Shown one piece after another: positions 38,677 to 52,090 of a DNA stretch of 64,000 nucleotides (the stretch's first letter is position 1; each line of letters opens with the position of its first letter). Source of the DNA: an uncultured delta proteobacterium (GTDB taxonomy: Bacteria; Myxococcota; B64-G9); contig CAVWHX010000009.1 in NCBI GenBank assembly GCA_963754925.1, positions 69,671-133,670 of the forward strand. The letters run 5' to 3'. A program made the translations under genes and the position numbers. The notes under the pieces were generated by a model that saw only the letters and a list, made by a program, of their open reading frames with translations, was not told where the DNA came from and made no database searches.

Positions 38677-41004
38677 TCAGCTGCCCTGCGCATTCTCCAA
38701 TACCTCTCGAATCTTGGCAGACAGATCCCCAGCGCTGAATGGTTTCTGAATGAAGGACACCCCGGTCTCCAGCACACCGTGGTGGGCGATGATATCGGCT
38801 GTGTAACCCGACATGAATAGGCACCTAACTCCCGGGTAAAGGGACAGCACGTTCTTCGCCAGGTCGCGGCCGTTCATTTCGGGCATCACAACGTCGCTCA
38901 GGAGCAGGTGGATGTCACCCAGGTGCTCACGAGCAACGCGGATCGCTTCACCTGGAGTGCGCGTCGCCAACACGCGGTATCCGAGCTCCTTGAGCAGTCT
39001 CGTGATCAACCTCAAGATCGCAGACTCGTCCTCCACTACCAGGATGGTCTCACGGCCCGACCGTGTCGGACGTGCTTGCTCTGCCCCCGCCTGGGCGGCC
39101 TTGGACACGTACCGGGGCAGGTAGATCGTAAACGTCGTGCCCTGCTGCGGCGCACTGGTGACGGTGATAATGCCGTTGTTCTGCTTGACGATTCCATACA
39201 CCGTAGCCAGCCCGAGTCCAGTGCCCTTGCCCCCGCTTTTGGTGGTGAAGAACGGCTCGAAGATGCGCTTCTGCGTCTCTGCGTCCATGCCGCAACCGTT
39301 ATCGCTCATGCACACCTGCACGTAGTCCCCGAGCACGAACCCCGGGTTACTGGTGCAGAAATTCTCATCGATGCTTCGGTTGGAAGTCTCGATGCTGACC
39401 GTGCCAATGTCGGCGATGGCGTCACGCGCGTTGACGCACAGATTGGTCAATATCTGGTCAACCTGGGAAGGGTCTATGAGGACCGGCCACAGGCCCGACC
39501 CCGGGTGCCAGGAGAGCGCGAGGTTCTCGCCCAGAATCCGACGGAGAATCTTGAGCAGGCCCCCAATAGACTCGTTCAGGTCGAGCGCCCGGGGGGCGAT
39601 CGTCTGTCTGCGTGCAAACGCCAGCAGTTGTTGCGTAAGTTCCGCCGAACGGTTGGCTGCCGTGCGGATGTCGGTCAGGTCGCCATAGAGCGAGAGAGAC
39701 GGGTCCACCGTCCCGATGGCATGCTGCACACTCATCTGGATGATGCTGAGCATGTTGTTGAAATCGTGTGCCACTCCGCCCGCGAGACGTCCGATCGACT
39801 CCATCTTCTGGGATTGGCGGAGCTGGTTTTCGAGATCCTCCTTTTGTGCCCGCGCCCGCTCACGCTCCGTGACATCTCTGGCTACGCCGAGAATATGTGG
39901 CACGTTGCCTATGAACAGGTTGTTGATGGAGAGCGAGACCCGGATCCGATCGCCGTTCTTGTTCCTGCCCCACATTTCCAGGTCCTTCACGAACCCCTTT
40001 TCCTTGAGCTGGGAGAGCAAGCGAGTTCGATCACTTGGGTCTTCGTACAGATTCAGATCCAGAGACGTCTTCCCGATAGCTTCATCGCGCTCGTAGCCAA
40101 AAACACTGACGAATTGGTTGTTGATATCGACGACCCGGCCTTCGTCGCGAGCGGCAATGTAGATCGCATCCAGGCCGGTCATAAACGCCTTTTTGAACTT
40201 CTCCTCGCTCACGCTGAGCGCCTCCTCGGCCCGTACGCGCTCGGTGACGTCGAGCATGGATCCTATCATCCGTATGGCGTTACCTCGATCATCGCGCAGC
40301 ACATAGCCGCGATCGAGGACCTCAGCCCAGCTTCCGTCAGCCTTTTGAAATCGATATTCGTCATGCCATCGGTCTTGCGCCGGGTCGTTCACCACGGCGA
40401 AGAAATTCCGATCTACCCTGTCCCGGTCGTCCGGGTGGACGCGCTCCACCCACCAGGCAGCATTCTGCGGCTGCGTTACAATATCGGTCCAACCAAAAAC
40501 CTCCGTTCCGGATTCATTCCATTGTTGCGCGTCAGCAACAATATCCCAGTCCCAGATTACCTCTCTCGTGGCTTTGCTCGCCAGCCGTAGTCGCTCGGAC
40601 ATCTCTCGGTATGCCGCTTCTGCACGCACGCGCTCGGAAATGTCGCGAACGACGCTCAGCAAGATGCGCTCGCCGCCGAGTGTCGCGCCCCGCGAGCTCA
40701 CCTCGACGGGGAAGGTGGTCCCGTTTTTCCTCCGGTGAACGGTTTCGAACCGCGTCCCGGCGGCGTCAGCCAAGGCCATCTGGCCTGTGATCGCGCCCTG
40801 GGTCTCCGGAGCGCGAAGCTTCCGGACTGAGAGAGAGAGCAACTCTTCGCGGCTGTAACCGTAGGCGCTGAGGGCGGCGGCGTTGGCGCCAAGGATGCAG
40901 GTATCGTGTGGCGCGACGAGGAGAACGATGTCCGGCAGGAACTCGATCAGCTCCTCGATGCGCTGCTGGCTCTGAGTCGTGCTCGTTTCACCATTGGACG
41001 GCAT
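38677..41004 (-). CDS. hybrid sensor histidine kinase: three PAS domains, HisKA, HATPase, C-terminal receiver
   Basis: H-box GVAHDFNNML, G-boxes, receiver ILVVEDE…LLLSDVVMPEMNG. Start ATG 41004 (MPSNGET) after AAGGGGGAG. Confidence 0.85.
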   Translation of the reverse strand: MPSNGETSTTQSQQRIEELIEFLPDIVLLVAPHDTCILGANAAALSAYGYSREELLSLSVRKLRAPETQGAITGQMALADAAGTRFETVHRRKNGTTFPVEVSSRGATLGGERILLSVVRDISERVRAEAAYREMSERLRLASKATREVIWDWDIVADAQQWNESGTEVFGWTDIVTQPQNAAWWVERVHPDDRDRVDRNFFAVVNDPAQDRWHDEYRFQKADGSWAEVLDRGYVLRDDRGNAIRMIGSMLDVTERVRAEEALSVSEEKFKKAFMTGLDAIYIAARDEGRVVDINNQFVSVFGYERDEAIGKTSLDLNLYEDPSDRTRLLSQLKEKGFVKDLEMWGRNKNGDRIRVSLSINNLFIGNVPHILGVARDVTERERARAQKEDLENQLRQSQKMESIGRLAGGVAHDFNNMLSIIQMSVQHAIGTVDPSLSLYGDLTDIRTAANRSAELTQQLLAFARRQTIAPRALDLNESIGGLLKILRRILGENLALSWHPGSGLWPVLIDPSQVDQILTNLCVNARDAIADIGTVSIETSNRSIDENFCTSNPGFVLGDYVQVCMSDNGCGMDAETQKRIFEPFFTTKSGGKGTGLGLATVYGIVKQNNGIITVTSAPQQGTTFTIYLPRYVSKAAQAGAEQARPTRSGRETILVVEDESAILRLITRLLKELGYRVLATRTPGEAIRVAREHLGDIHLLLSDVVMPEMNGRDLAKNVLSLYPGVRCLFMSGYTADIIAHHGVLETGVSFIQKPFSAGDLSAKIREVLENAQGS

Positions 41005-41317
41005 GCAAACTCCCCCTTTGAGTTTGGCCGAGCACGCCAGCCTCACGACGTTGCGAGGCAGCGATCTCCAAGAATTATACGTCATGAGCGTGACGTTTAC
41101 CAAAAGATACTGTTCGAATGAAATAACGAGTTATCAGCCAGGGACAGACCCCCGCCTCGCTCCCATTCGGTCGCGATCCGGTAAGAACGTGTTTGAGTCC
41201 TTGTCCCTACGGGCCAAGGATAATAACTTCTAACTGCCTCACTTCCTTCCAGTCGTGAGTCGGTAAGAAGTTATTATCAAATTGCATTAACCTTGCTCTT
41301 TCGTTAATATCGGGATC

Positions 41318-42229
41318 ATGAATGACTCGATCATCGTTGTGGCGGGAGCTACCGGTAATCTCGGCGGACGCATCGCGAGAGCTTTGCGCGAACGGGGAGC
41401 CAGCGTACGAGCGCTTGTTCGCCACGGCACAGCGCGAGAGAAAATTGAGCAACTGCAGGAGCTCGGCGTAGCGATTGCCCGTGTCGACTTGAGCAGCGCT
41501 TCCGAAGTGACACCGGCATGCTCGGGTGCGTCCTGCGTGGTGTCCGCGCTGCAGGGATTGCGGAACGTAATCGTGGAAACGCAAACGGCTCTACTCGACG
41601 CCGCGATCAAGGCCAACGTGCTCCGTTTCATTCCGTCCGACTACTCGATCGATTTCACCAAGTTTCCACCCGGAGAGAATCGCAATCTCGATCTGCGCCG
41701 AGACTTCCACCAGCGCCTGGACAAGACTTCGATTTCAGCAACCACGATCTTCAATGGTGCGTTTACCGATATGCTGACCGGTCAGATGCCGCTCATTCTC
41801 TTCAAACTGAAACGAGTCCTCTATTGGGGAGATGCCGACCAGCGCATGGACTTCACGACGATGGACGACACGGCTGCATTCACGGCAAGCGCGGCTCTTG
41901 ATCCGTCCACCCCTCGCATGCTACGAATCGCTGGCGATCAACTCAGCGCCCGGGAGCTGACAGCGGTCGCTCGTGAGGTAACCGGAAAGAAGTTCCGCCT
42001 GTTTCGCGCCGGAGGTCTGGGAATGCTCGGCACGCTTATCAAGGTCGCGCGCACGGTCGCGCCCGGAGAAAAGGACCTTTTTCCGGCATGGCAGGGCATG
42101 CAGTACATGCGGAACATGTTCGACGGCCGGGCAAAGCTAGAGCCGCTCGACAATGATCGATATCTCCGCATGCGTTGGACGACTGCGCGGGACGTGCTCT
42201 CAGCGCATCAAGTAAGGCGCCCATCGTAA
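41318..42229 (+). CDS. NmrA-like NAD(P)-binding protein (atypical SDR)
   Basis: N-terminal VAGATGNLGGRIARAL Rossmann motif. NmrA/PCBER-like overall. Confidence 0.75.
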   Translation: MNDSIIVVAGATGNLGGRIARALRERGASVRALVRHGTAREKIEQLQELGVAIARVDLSSASEVTPACSGASCVVSALQGLRNVIVETQTALLDAAIKANVLRFIPSDYSIDFTKFPPGENRNLDLRRDFHQRLDKTSISATTIFNGAFTDMLTGQMPLILFKLKRVLYWGDADQRMDFTTMDDTAAFTASAALDPSTPRMLRIAGDQLSARELTAVAREVTGKKFRLFRAGGLGMLGTLIKVARTVAPGEKDLFPAWQGMQYMRNMFDGRAKLEPLDNDRYLRMRWTTARDVLSAHQVRRPS

Positions 42230-42391
42230 ATTCTGTTGCCAGCTTTCGCATCGAGAGGATCAGGTCAACGATTCGTATCTTTAGGCAATAATTTCTCCGC
42301 GGCGCTTGTTATATTGCAGGGTGCGCTCACCGAGGGTGAGCGCGGGAGCGACTTGGGTATCAGTGAATATTGTATATAGGAGGATAAATCC

Positions 42392-43450
42392 ATGTTAAAC
42401 GCGAAAGCTTACTCCGCTGCCGGTGAGAGATCGCCGCTTGCCCCCACCACGATCGCGCGGCGCGATCCGACCAAACACGACGTTCAGATCGAAATCCTCT
42501 TCTGCGGCATCTGCCACTCCGATCTCCACCAAGTCCGTAACGAATGGGCCAACCTCATGCCCACGGTCTACCCGATTGTCCCGGGCCATGAGATCGTCGG
42601 CCGTGTCACCAAGGTCGGCTCGGCGGTCACCGCGTTCAAGCCCGGTGACCTCGCCGCGGTCGGCTGCATGGTCGACTCGGACGGTACCTGCGACCATTGC
42701 AAAGCCGGCTTTGAGCAGTTCTGCCCGACCATGACCCTCACCTTCAACTCCCCGGACAAACACCTCGGGGGCGTCACCTATGGCGGCTACTCCGATAGCG
42801 TGGTCGTCAATGAACGCTTTGTCCTGCACGTCCCCTCCAACCTCGCTCTCGCCGGTGCCGCGCCACTCCTCTGCGCCGGGATCACGACCTACTCGCCCAT
42901 GCGCCGCTGGGGCGTCGCACAGGGCAAGAACGTCGGCGTGGTTGGTCTTGGCGGACTGGGGCACATGGGCGTAAAGTTTGCTCATGCGTTTGGAGCCCAC
43001 GTCGTCGTCTTCACCACCTCGCCCGGCAAGAAGGAAGACGCGCTCCGCCTCGGCGCCGACGAAGTCGTCGTCTCCCGCGATGCCAACGAGATGCGGAAGC
43101 ACGCCGGTAGCTTCGACTTCATCCTCGACGCCGTCGCCGCCGATCACGACATCAACGCCTATATCAACCTGCTCCGCCGCGACGGCACCTTGACCCTGGT
43201 CGGCGCGCCGGCGAAGCCTCTCGCGGTCGCTGCCTTCGGCCTTCTGTTCGGACGTCGCAATCTCTCCGGCTCGCTCATAGGCGGCATCGCTGAAACCCAG
43301 GAGATGCTCGACTTTTGCGGGGCACAGAGCATCACCGCCGATGTCGAAGTCATCCCCATCCAGAAGGTCAATGAAGCCTACGAAAGAATGCTCAAGTCCG
43401 ATGTGAAGTACCGCTTCTCCATCGACATGGCTTCTCTCAGATCTCAATAA
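42392..43450 (+). CDS. NAD(P)-dependent Zn alcohol dehydrogenase (cinnamyl-ADH / YahK-like)
   Basis: GICHSDLH, GHEIVGRV, DSDGTCDHCKAGFEQFC zinc sites, GVVGLGGLGH Rossmann. Confidence 0.9.
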   Translation: MLNAKAYSAAGERSPLAPTTIARRDPTKHDVQIEILFCGICHSDLHQVRNEWANLMPTVYPIVPGHEIVGRVTKVGSAVTAFKPGDLAAVGCMVDSDGTCDHCKAGFEQFCPTMTLTFNSPDKHLGGVTYGGYSDSVVVNERFVLHVPSNLALAGAAPLLCAGITTYSPMRRWGVAQGKNVGVVGLGGLGHMGVKFAHAFGAHVVVFTTSPGKKEDALRLGADEVVVSRDANEMRKHAGSFDFILDAVAADHDINAYINLLRRDGTLTLVGAPAKPLAVAAFGLLFGRRNLSGSLIGGIAETQEMLDFCGAQSITADVEVIPIQKVNEAYERMLKSDVKYRFSIDMASLRSQ

Positions 43451-43459
43451 CTCGCGTGA

Positions 43460-44473
<1,014 letters not shown>

Positions 44474-44529
44474 CGGCATCGCCAGGGGCGGCGCTTTCCG
44501 AGAGACTCGCCTAAGGAGGTGCGTAGCTT

Positions 44530-45090
44530 TTACTCCCACACCCCGTGAAACTTACAATACGGCGCTCCCTCTGATACGCACTCAAGCTCCTTCATTTCTA
44601 CGACTTTGAAACCGGTCATTTCGGCAACACCATGAAAATAACCGCGCATCCCATTACAAAACGGCTTGCTCTGGGTAGGAAAATCCTTTATATAAACAAA
44701 GGCACTATTAGCGCTCTCCTTTTCCACTTCCAGCTTGCCATGCGTATGAACAAGACCCCACATTTTTGCGGAAGTTTTAAGCATGAAATTCACATTCAAT
44801 AATTTTATTAATGGCATATAGAATTTTGATACGCTCTTTTTAGCTTGATAGAGTCCTAATTGATATAAAGTTTCTTCGGGCGAAGGAGCAAATTTATCAA
44901 TCGCCAAAAAAATATTACGGTAGGTTTCTTCAGGGAACCAGGCGGTCGACAGAATTTCTTTATCAACTTCAGTCTTATCGCTATTACTAAGGCTATCGAT
45001 AACTTTTTGCCAAATTTCGGCGCCGAACCGTTCAACAACAAACTCCCGGCTGGAAGTAACGCACCAAGCCTTAACCATCGGTTGATCCAT
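44530..45090 (-). CDS. hypothetical protein with C-terminal Cys cluster (CxxxxG…CxxxGxxC)
   Basis: 186 aa ORF in a short AT-rich stretch. No confident family. Confidence 0.35.
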   Translation of the reverse strand: MDQPMVKAWCVTSSREFVVERFGAEIWQKVIDSLSNSDKTEVDKEILSTAWFPEETYRNIFLAIDKFAPSPEETLYQLGLYQAKKSVSKFYMPLIKLLNVNFMLKTSAKMWGLVHTHGKLEVEKESANSAFVYIKDFPTQSKPFCNGMRGYFHGVAEMTGFKVVEMKELECVSEGAPYCKFHGVWE

Positions 45091-45416
45091 TGATATTTAC
45101 CCCCATGGAAATTATTTGATCGCGCGTAGATGATAAAAAAACCTTGAAAACTATTTCTATTGCCGGCTATTTCCAGACTCTGTGATACTTACGATAGGGA
45201 TCGCATGCATAGGAAATTCAAACGCACTTTTGATCCCTTCACACTCTTCATTTCCAATAAAGCGTAGGACAGCGCTCTCTGAACTATAGTCCTATGTTTA
45301 ACTCTCAAAACATCGCTGAGTCAACGATTGTGTCGGAGTAGGAATCATGATTGCCCACGCGCGGTTATGGCAGGCCCCGGTTTAGTTATTGGCGGGGACA
45401 GGGCCGCAGCAAGTGG

Positions 45417-45779
45417 TCAACCCGGAGGGGCTTTTTCTTCCTTTTCCTTCTTGGGCTTCTTTTCCTTAGGCGGCTTCGGGGCCTTGGGCTGGTCAGCCTC
45501 CTTAGCGGGCTTCCCCTCCTTAGCGGGCTTCCCCTCCTTAGCGGGCTTCTCCTCCTTGGCGGGCTTCTCGACCTGCTCGTTCTTGGGCGGCTCCCACTGT
45601 AGGGATTCGATGGATCGCTTGACCTTCCGAGCCTCGGCCAGAAGGTGACGCATCATCGAGTTTTTCTGGATGACCTTCTCATCCAGTCCTCTTTCCTTCA
45701 GAACCTTCTTGTGGGCCTCAACCTGGGCCTTCACCAGGTTCAGTCGGTTTTCCCGCGCTTCCAGTTTCCTACTATTCAT
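45417..45779 (-). CDS. small coiled-coil protein with C-terminal (KPAKEG)x4 Lys/Pro/Glu repeats (histone H1/AlgP-like tail)
   Basis: Encoded by a 4 x 18-bp tandem DNA repeat at 45501..45572. Confidence 0.45.
   Translation of the reverse strand: MNSRKLEARENRLNLVKAQVEAHKKVLKERGLDEKVIQKNSMMRHLLAEARKVKRSIESLQWEPPKNEQVEKPAKEEKPAKEGKPAKEGKPAKEADQPKAPKPPKEKKPKKEKEEKAPPG
45501..45572 (-). repeat. 4 x 18-bp tandem repeat (cttagcgggcttcccctc) encoding KPAKEG repeats
   Basis: Read directly. The last unit is degenerate. Confidence 0.7.
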
Positions 45780-45968
45780 GGGTGACCTCTCTCGCGAAAT
45801 TATCGACGTTCAAAACGCCCCACCCTATGATGATCCCGGTTAGCTTGTCAAAGCCTTCCTTCGTTAACAAAAATGCCCACCGAGGGGTGAGCATTGACTA
45901 TTTTGTCCTTACCCTATGGGCCAAGGCTACGGGACCATCAACTCGGAGTAGCACTTGGTATAGCTCCA

Positions 45969-46544
45969 TTATTTAAACAACTTCGGGATCAGCATCGGTG
46001 TTTTTCTTTTATATTCACGGTAGGTTTCGCCAAGACGTTTTTCCAGTTCAGGTTCTTCAATAAATTTAAATTCAAGAACACTGCAGACCACAAAGATCGG
46101 CGCAAAAACAAACAGCAGGGATAGAGATTCTATAATAAACCCAATTCCGAAGAGGATGAAAAATATACCTGTCAGCATCGGGTTTCTTGCGTAAGCGTAG
46201 GGGCCGGTATTGACAAGTTTGGGGGGTGGGTTGACAGGTACGGGGGTTCCCTTCGCTTTCATAAAATGCAGGACTGACCATATCCACAGAAAAGCGCCAA
46301 TTATAAGCAGTGGTATGGAAAGAATATAATCCCCGGGATATCGGACAGGTCCGGAAAAATTGAAAACCCCGTCGACCTTCAGCGCAAGAAATACCGTCAG
46401 TAAAACAACGGAAAGGAAAAGTGCGGCAAAGATAGGCGTAAAGATTATCCGTATATTCCGTGCCCCTGTTACCACCCGATAAATGAAATCTACGACGATT
46501 TTCATGTCCTGATGCCTAACGAGCTTGTCGAAAAACTCCGTCAA
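45969..46544 (-). CDS. isoprenylcysteine carboxyl methyltransferase / phospholipid methyltransferase family membrane protein
   Basis: NTGPYAYARNPMLTG and C-terminal EEPELEKRLGETYREYKRKTP motif. Several TM helices. Confidence 0.8.
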   Translation of the reverse strand: MTEFFDKLVRHQDMKIVVDFIYRVVTGARNIRIIFTPIFAALFLSVVLLTVFLALKVDGVFNFSGPVRYPGDYILSIPLLIIGAFLWIWSVLHFMKAKGTPVPVNPPPKLVNTGPYAYARNPMLTGIFFILFGIGFIIESLSLLFVFAPIFVVCSVLEFKFIEEPELEKRLGETYREYKRKTPMLIPKLFK

Positions 46545-46592
46545 TTGTTAAAACTATAAAATTTAGACCATCAAAACACAAGCCTCTGCTCG

Positions 46593-46946
46593 TCAGGGTT
46601 TTAAAGCAGCCTCGCCCTTCTTTATCCTGTCTCGCACGATCAGGTACCATGGGAATCCAATAATCCAAAGGCCGCAAAGCCCAATGAACAAAACCACCGG
46701 TCCGTACGATATGCCGGTCTTGTACTTCTTGAGGCCGATTCGGACTGAGTCACGAGACGCCCACAAGGCGGTTACTCCTATCATTAGGATTGTGAATACA
46801 TGGTACGTTATTTTCCCGATCAGAACACCTTCTGCCTTCGACGCCGGTTTAGTAATGAAGACAATAACAATGCAGGTGAGAAAAATGGCTAGGAATTCGA
46901 CCAGAAATATTCCGGCGGTAATCAACAGGGCCTTTATTACTCTCAT
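46593..46946 (-). CDS. small membrane protein (about 4 TM)
   Basis: Hydrophobic 117-aa ORF. No family. Confidence 0.35.
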   Translation of the reverse strand: MRVIKALLITAGIFLVEFLAIFLTCIVIVFITKPASKAEGVLIGKITYHVFTILMIGVTALWASRDSVRIGLKKYKTGISYGPVVLFIGLCGLWIIGFPWYLIVRDRIKKGEAALKP

Positions 46947-47491
46947 AAGTTATTTTCCCCCGATTGCCAACCTGCATACCAGTCATATTCCAAAAAGATC
47001 TTCCAAACAAATCTATGAGCGTTGTCGCCTCACTCCGAGTCTTATCGAGCTGCGAGAAGAAGCGCACGACGCCTATCCGGCCCGAGAAACGAGCAAAGTC
47101 AACGCCCAACTACGTTCCACTCAATCAGATAATAGGCTCTCCGCATGCTCACGGTACGAGGCGAGTTTCATTTTGTTATTGCATTGGTTGGGATTAGTCA
47201 AACCGCAAGGCGTTGTTAAGAAAAAGGCCCACCATCCGGTGGGCCTTCTGGTTTATTATCTCCCCAGGCTAGACGATTATCGAACCGCGATAATGGAGAT
47301 GGGGGCGGCGTGAAAAAGGGTTGCCGATACCATCCTCCATCCCTTGTTTGTTTTGCTACATCAATCCCTCGAGGGACGACTACTACTTCTTGACCTCGAT
47401 CAGGGGAATATCCATTACCTTAGCCACGCCCTCTCCGTAGGCATCGTCCGCCTTGAGTCAGTTGCCGATGTGGCGCAGCTTGTCGCCGCGC

Positions 47492-49773
<2,282 letters not shown>

Positions 49774-49790
49774 TTACTCCTTTCCTTGCT

Positions 49791-50276
49791 TCACGGCTTC
49801 TTGAGACTCCCTGTCTCTGATTTCGTGGCTTGTTCCTTCGAGCAACGATCGCAAACACCGCGCACCTCGATGCGCGCGCCGAGGATACTGCCGAATTCCT
49901 TCACCAACACCGGGATGCTAAGTGCGTTGAGCTCCGCGCTCTCGAAATCGCGCGTGAGGCCACAGCGCACGCATACGTAGTGATGGTGGTGCACGAGGTT
50001 GGCGTCGAAGCGCACGCTCTCGCGTCTCGGCCCCAGCGTCGAGACGAGGCCGAGGTCGTTTAGCAGCCAGAGCGTTCGGTAGACGGTGTCGAGCGAGACC
50101 GTGGGCATCCGTGGCTGAACCGCCTTGAGTACGGCCTCCGCGCTTGGGTGATCCAGGCTCGCGGCGACTTCGCGAAAGATCTCGAGCCGTTGGTGGGTGA
50201 GCTTGACGCCTGCCTGCCTGGCGGCCTCCCTGAAGTGCTCGACCCGGCGCTCGACCTCGCTCATTTCTACCTTCAT
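49791..50276 (-). CDS. Fur-family transcriptional regulator (FurA/PerR-like) upstream of katG
   Basis: HHHHYVCVRCG…CDRC metal-site motifs. Classic furA-katG arrangement. Confidence 0.85.
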   Translation of the reverse strand: MKVEMSEVERRVEHFREAARQAGVKLTHQRLEIFREVAASLDHPSAEAVLKAVQPRMPTVSLDTVYRTLWLLNDLGLVSTLGPRRESVRFDANLVHHHHYVCVRCGLTRDFESAELNALSIPVLVKEFGSILGARIEVRGVCDRCSKEQATKSETGSLKKP

Positions 50277-50387
50277 ATCCGCTCCTATCTGCTAGCATTA
50301 CGCAGGTTGGAATCTACTGACATTTAGATCGGATGTCAATACCATAACGTCGAGGCGTTTCAACCAGCTGAAATCGAATGGGAAAAT

Positions 50388-50411
50388 GTAAAACGCCCAC
50401 CTTGGTTGGTG
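50388..50411 (-). terminator. Rho-independent terminator downstream of tRNA-Asn
   Basis: 8-bp perfect stem cgcccacc / ggtgggcg with a 6-nt loop. On the minus strand it is followed by a T-rich tract. Confidence 0.5.
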
Positions 50412-50423
50412 GGCGGGATAATT

Positions 50424-50499
50424 TGGCTCCCGAGGAGGGACTCGAACCCCCGGCCCAGTGGTTAACAGCCACTTGCTCTACCGGCTGAGCTACTCGGGA
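50424..50499 (-). tRNA. tRNA-Asn (anticodon GTT), CCA encoded
   Basis: Cloverleaf folds by hand: 7-bp acceptor stem, D-arm AGCTCAGCCGGTAGAGC, anticodon loop CTGTTAA, T-arm GGGGGTTCGAGTCCCTC. Confidence 0.85.
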
Positions 50500-50810
50500 A
50501 TAAACTCAAAAGCAAAGGAGGGCGTGATTAATCACGTCCCTTACCTCATATGCTCGTAAAAGAACCAAAAGCGACCAAACCAATTACACTTATTCCCCCC
50601 GGGTGTCAAGGAAAGACGCCGGCGCCCCCCACCCGGCCCCTAAAGGAATAAGTGGCTGGAACGCTCGCTTCGCTGAGGAACTCAATCTTATCCCCTTCGG
50701 GGATGTAGAAATTCTTACTGAGCAAAGCGAAGTTAGTATTTCTTATCCCCTTCGGGGATAAGAGCCCGTAAAGCTCGCGTCCCCTGTCGGGAACGCTCGC
50801 TAACGGGCTC

Positions 50811-51943
50811 TTACTGCGCGGCCTTGCGGTTGATTTTGAAAGCGTAGAGCTTTTGATCGCCTGAGGTGACGTACAACCGGTCGCCGTCCAGAATCGGATC
50901 GCTCTCGATCTTATAGTTAGTCCTGAAAGACCACACCTGCTGGCAATCGGCTCGATTGATGGCGTAGATCGACCCGTCGCCCTGGCCCGCCCCGAAAATC
51001 GCCACATCCTGGTAAAAAACCGGGTAGGAGATCACCGGTCCTTTGGCCGTGAAGTGGCACTTTTCTTTTCCGTTAGCGGAATCGAGCGCATAGAGGTTGC
51101 CATCGTTGGACCCGATAAAAAGCGTCCCATCTATGATGCGGGGAGAGCTGAGCACATTGCCGCCGGTTTTAAACTTCCATTTGACCGTGGCGCCCGTGGC
51201 CGCATCAATGGCATAAACCTGATCGTCCTTCGAACCAAAATAAACCGTGCCTTTTTCGACCCAGGCGGTCGAGGTAATCCCCTCACCGGCTTTAAAAATC
51301 CACTTCAGCGAGCCATCCACGACATTGAGGGCATACATATTGCCGTCGAGGTTGCCGATGTACAGCACGCCTTCGCTGATTACCGGTGCGGCATACGAAA
51401 ACGAACCGGGCGAAAGCGCCGAGGCGGATGGCTCATCAGACTTGGCCTCGCCGGTCTTCGCGGCATCGGGGGGAACTGCCATAGCTTCTTCCCGTTATCA
51501 GCGGCCAGAGCATAGACGTGGCCGTCGTAGCTGGTCAGGTAGACGACGCCGTTTTCAACCACCGGATCCGACTTGATCCGGTCGCGGGTGATGTACTTCC
51601 ATCTGAGCTGCCCGTTGAAATCGAGCGCATAGAAGGTCTGATTCGTCGCCCCAAAAAAGATCAGCTTCCCGTCCGTCTGCGGATGCGCAAAGATCCCCGA
51701 GCTGGCCGTCTGGAACTGCCAACGAGTGCGGCCGTTGCGATCGACGGCGTTCATCACGCCTGATTCAGACCCGAAAACAATCAAGTCCTCGACGACGAGC
51801 GGCGTGGAGTAGATCGGCGAGCTCGTCCCAAACTCCCACAATTTTTCAAAATCCGAAGTGCACCCCGCGGCCATGCCCACACCAACAACCAGTAGAAACA
51901 CCTCTGCAACTTTTAGTAACCTGGAAGACTGAGTCATTATCAC
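50811..51943 (-). CDS. PQQ-repeat beta-propeller lipoprotein (BamB-like); 1-bp frameshift in a G7 run (51468-51474)
   Basis: Lipobox VGMAAGCTSD. Repeated YALD..G...W blades in both ORFs. One extra C would join …KLWQFPP-DAAKTGEAK…. Confidence 0.7.
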
Positions 51944-52090
51944 TCCCCCTTGAATTCGGGTACAAATAGTTGCAGCCTTTTCAATACCATCGCCCGGTGG
52001 AAGTTGTCAATGATAGTTGAGGAATGAATGCACGACTGGATCGCTTGCTACAATTTCTTAGATGAGGTTGGATGAGCGAGAGGTGCCCCT

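Noticed and set aside
38908-40590. 560-aa ORF antisense to the hybrid histidine kinase
   Set aside because: No domains. Entirely inside a well-supported PAS/HisKA/HATPase/REC gene on the other strand.
42395-43447. 350-aa ORF antisense to the Zn-alcohol dehydrogenase
   Set aside because: Exactly mirrors a well-supported ADH gene. Composition-driven open frame without motifs.
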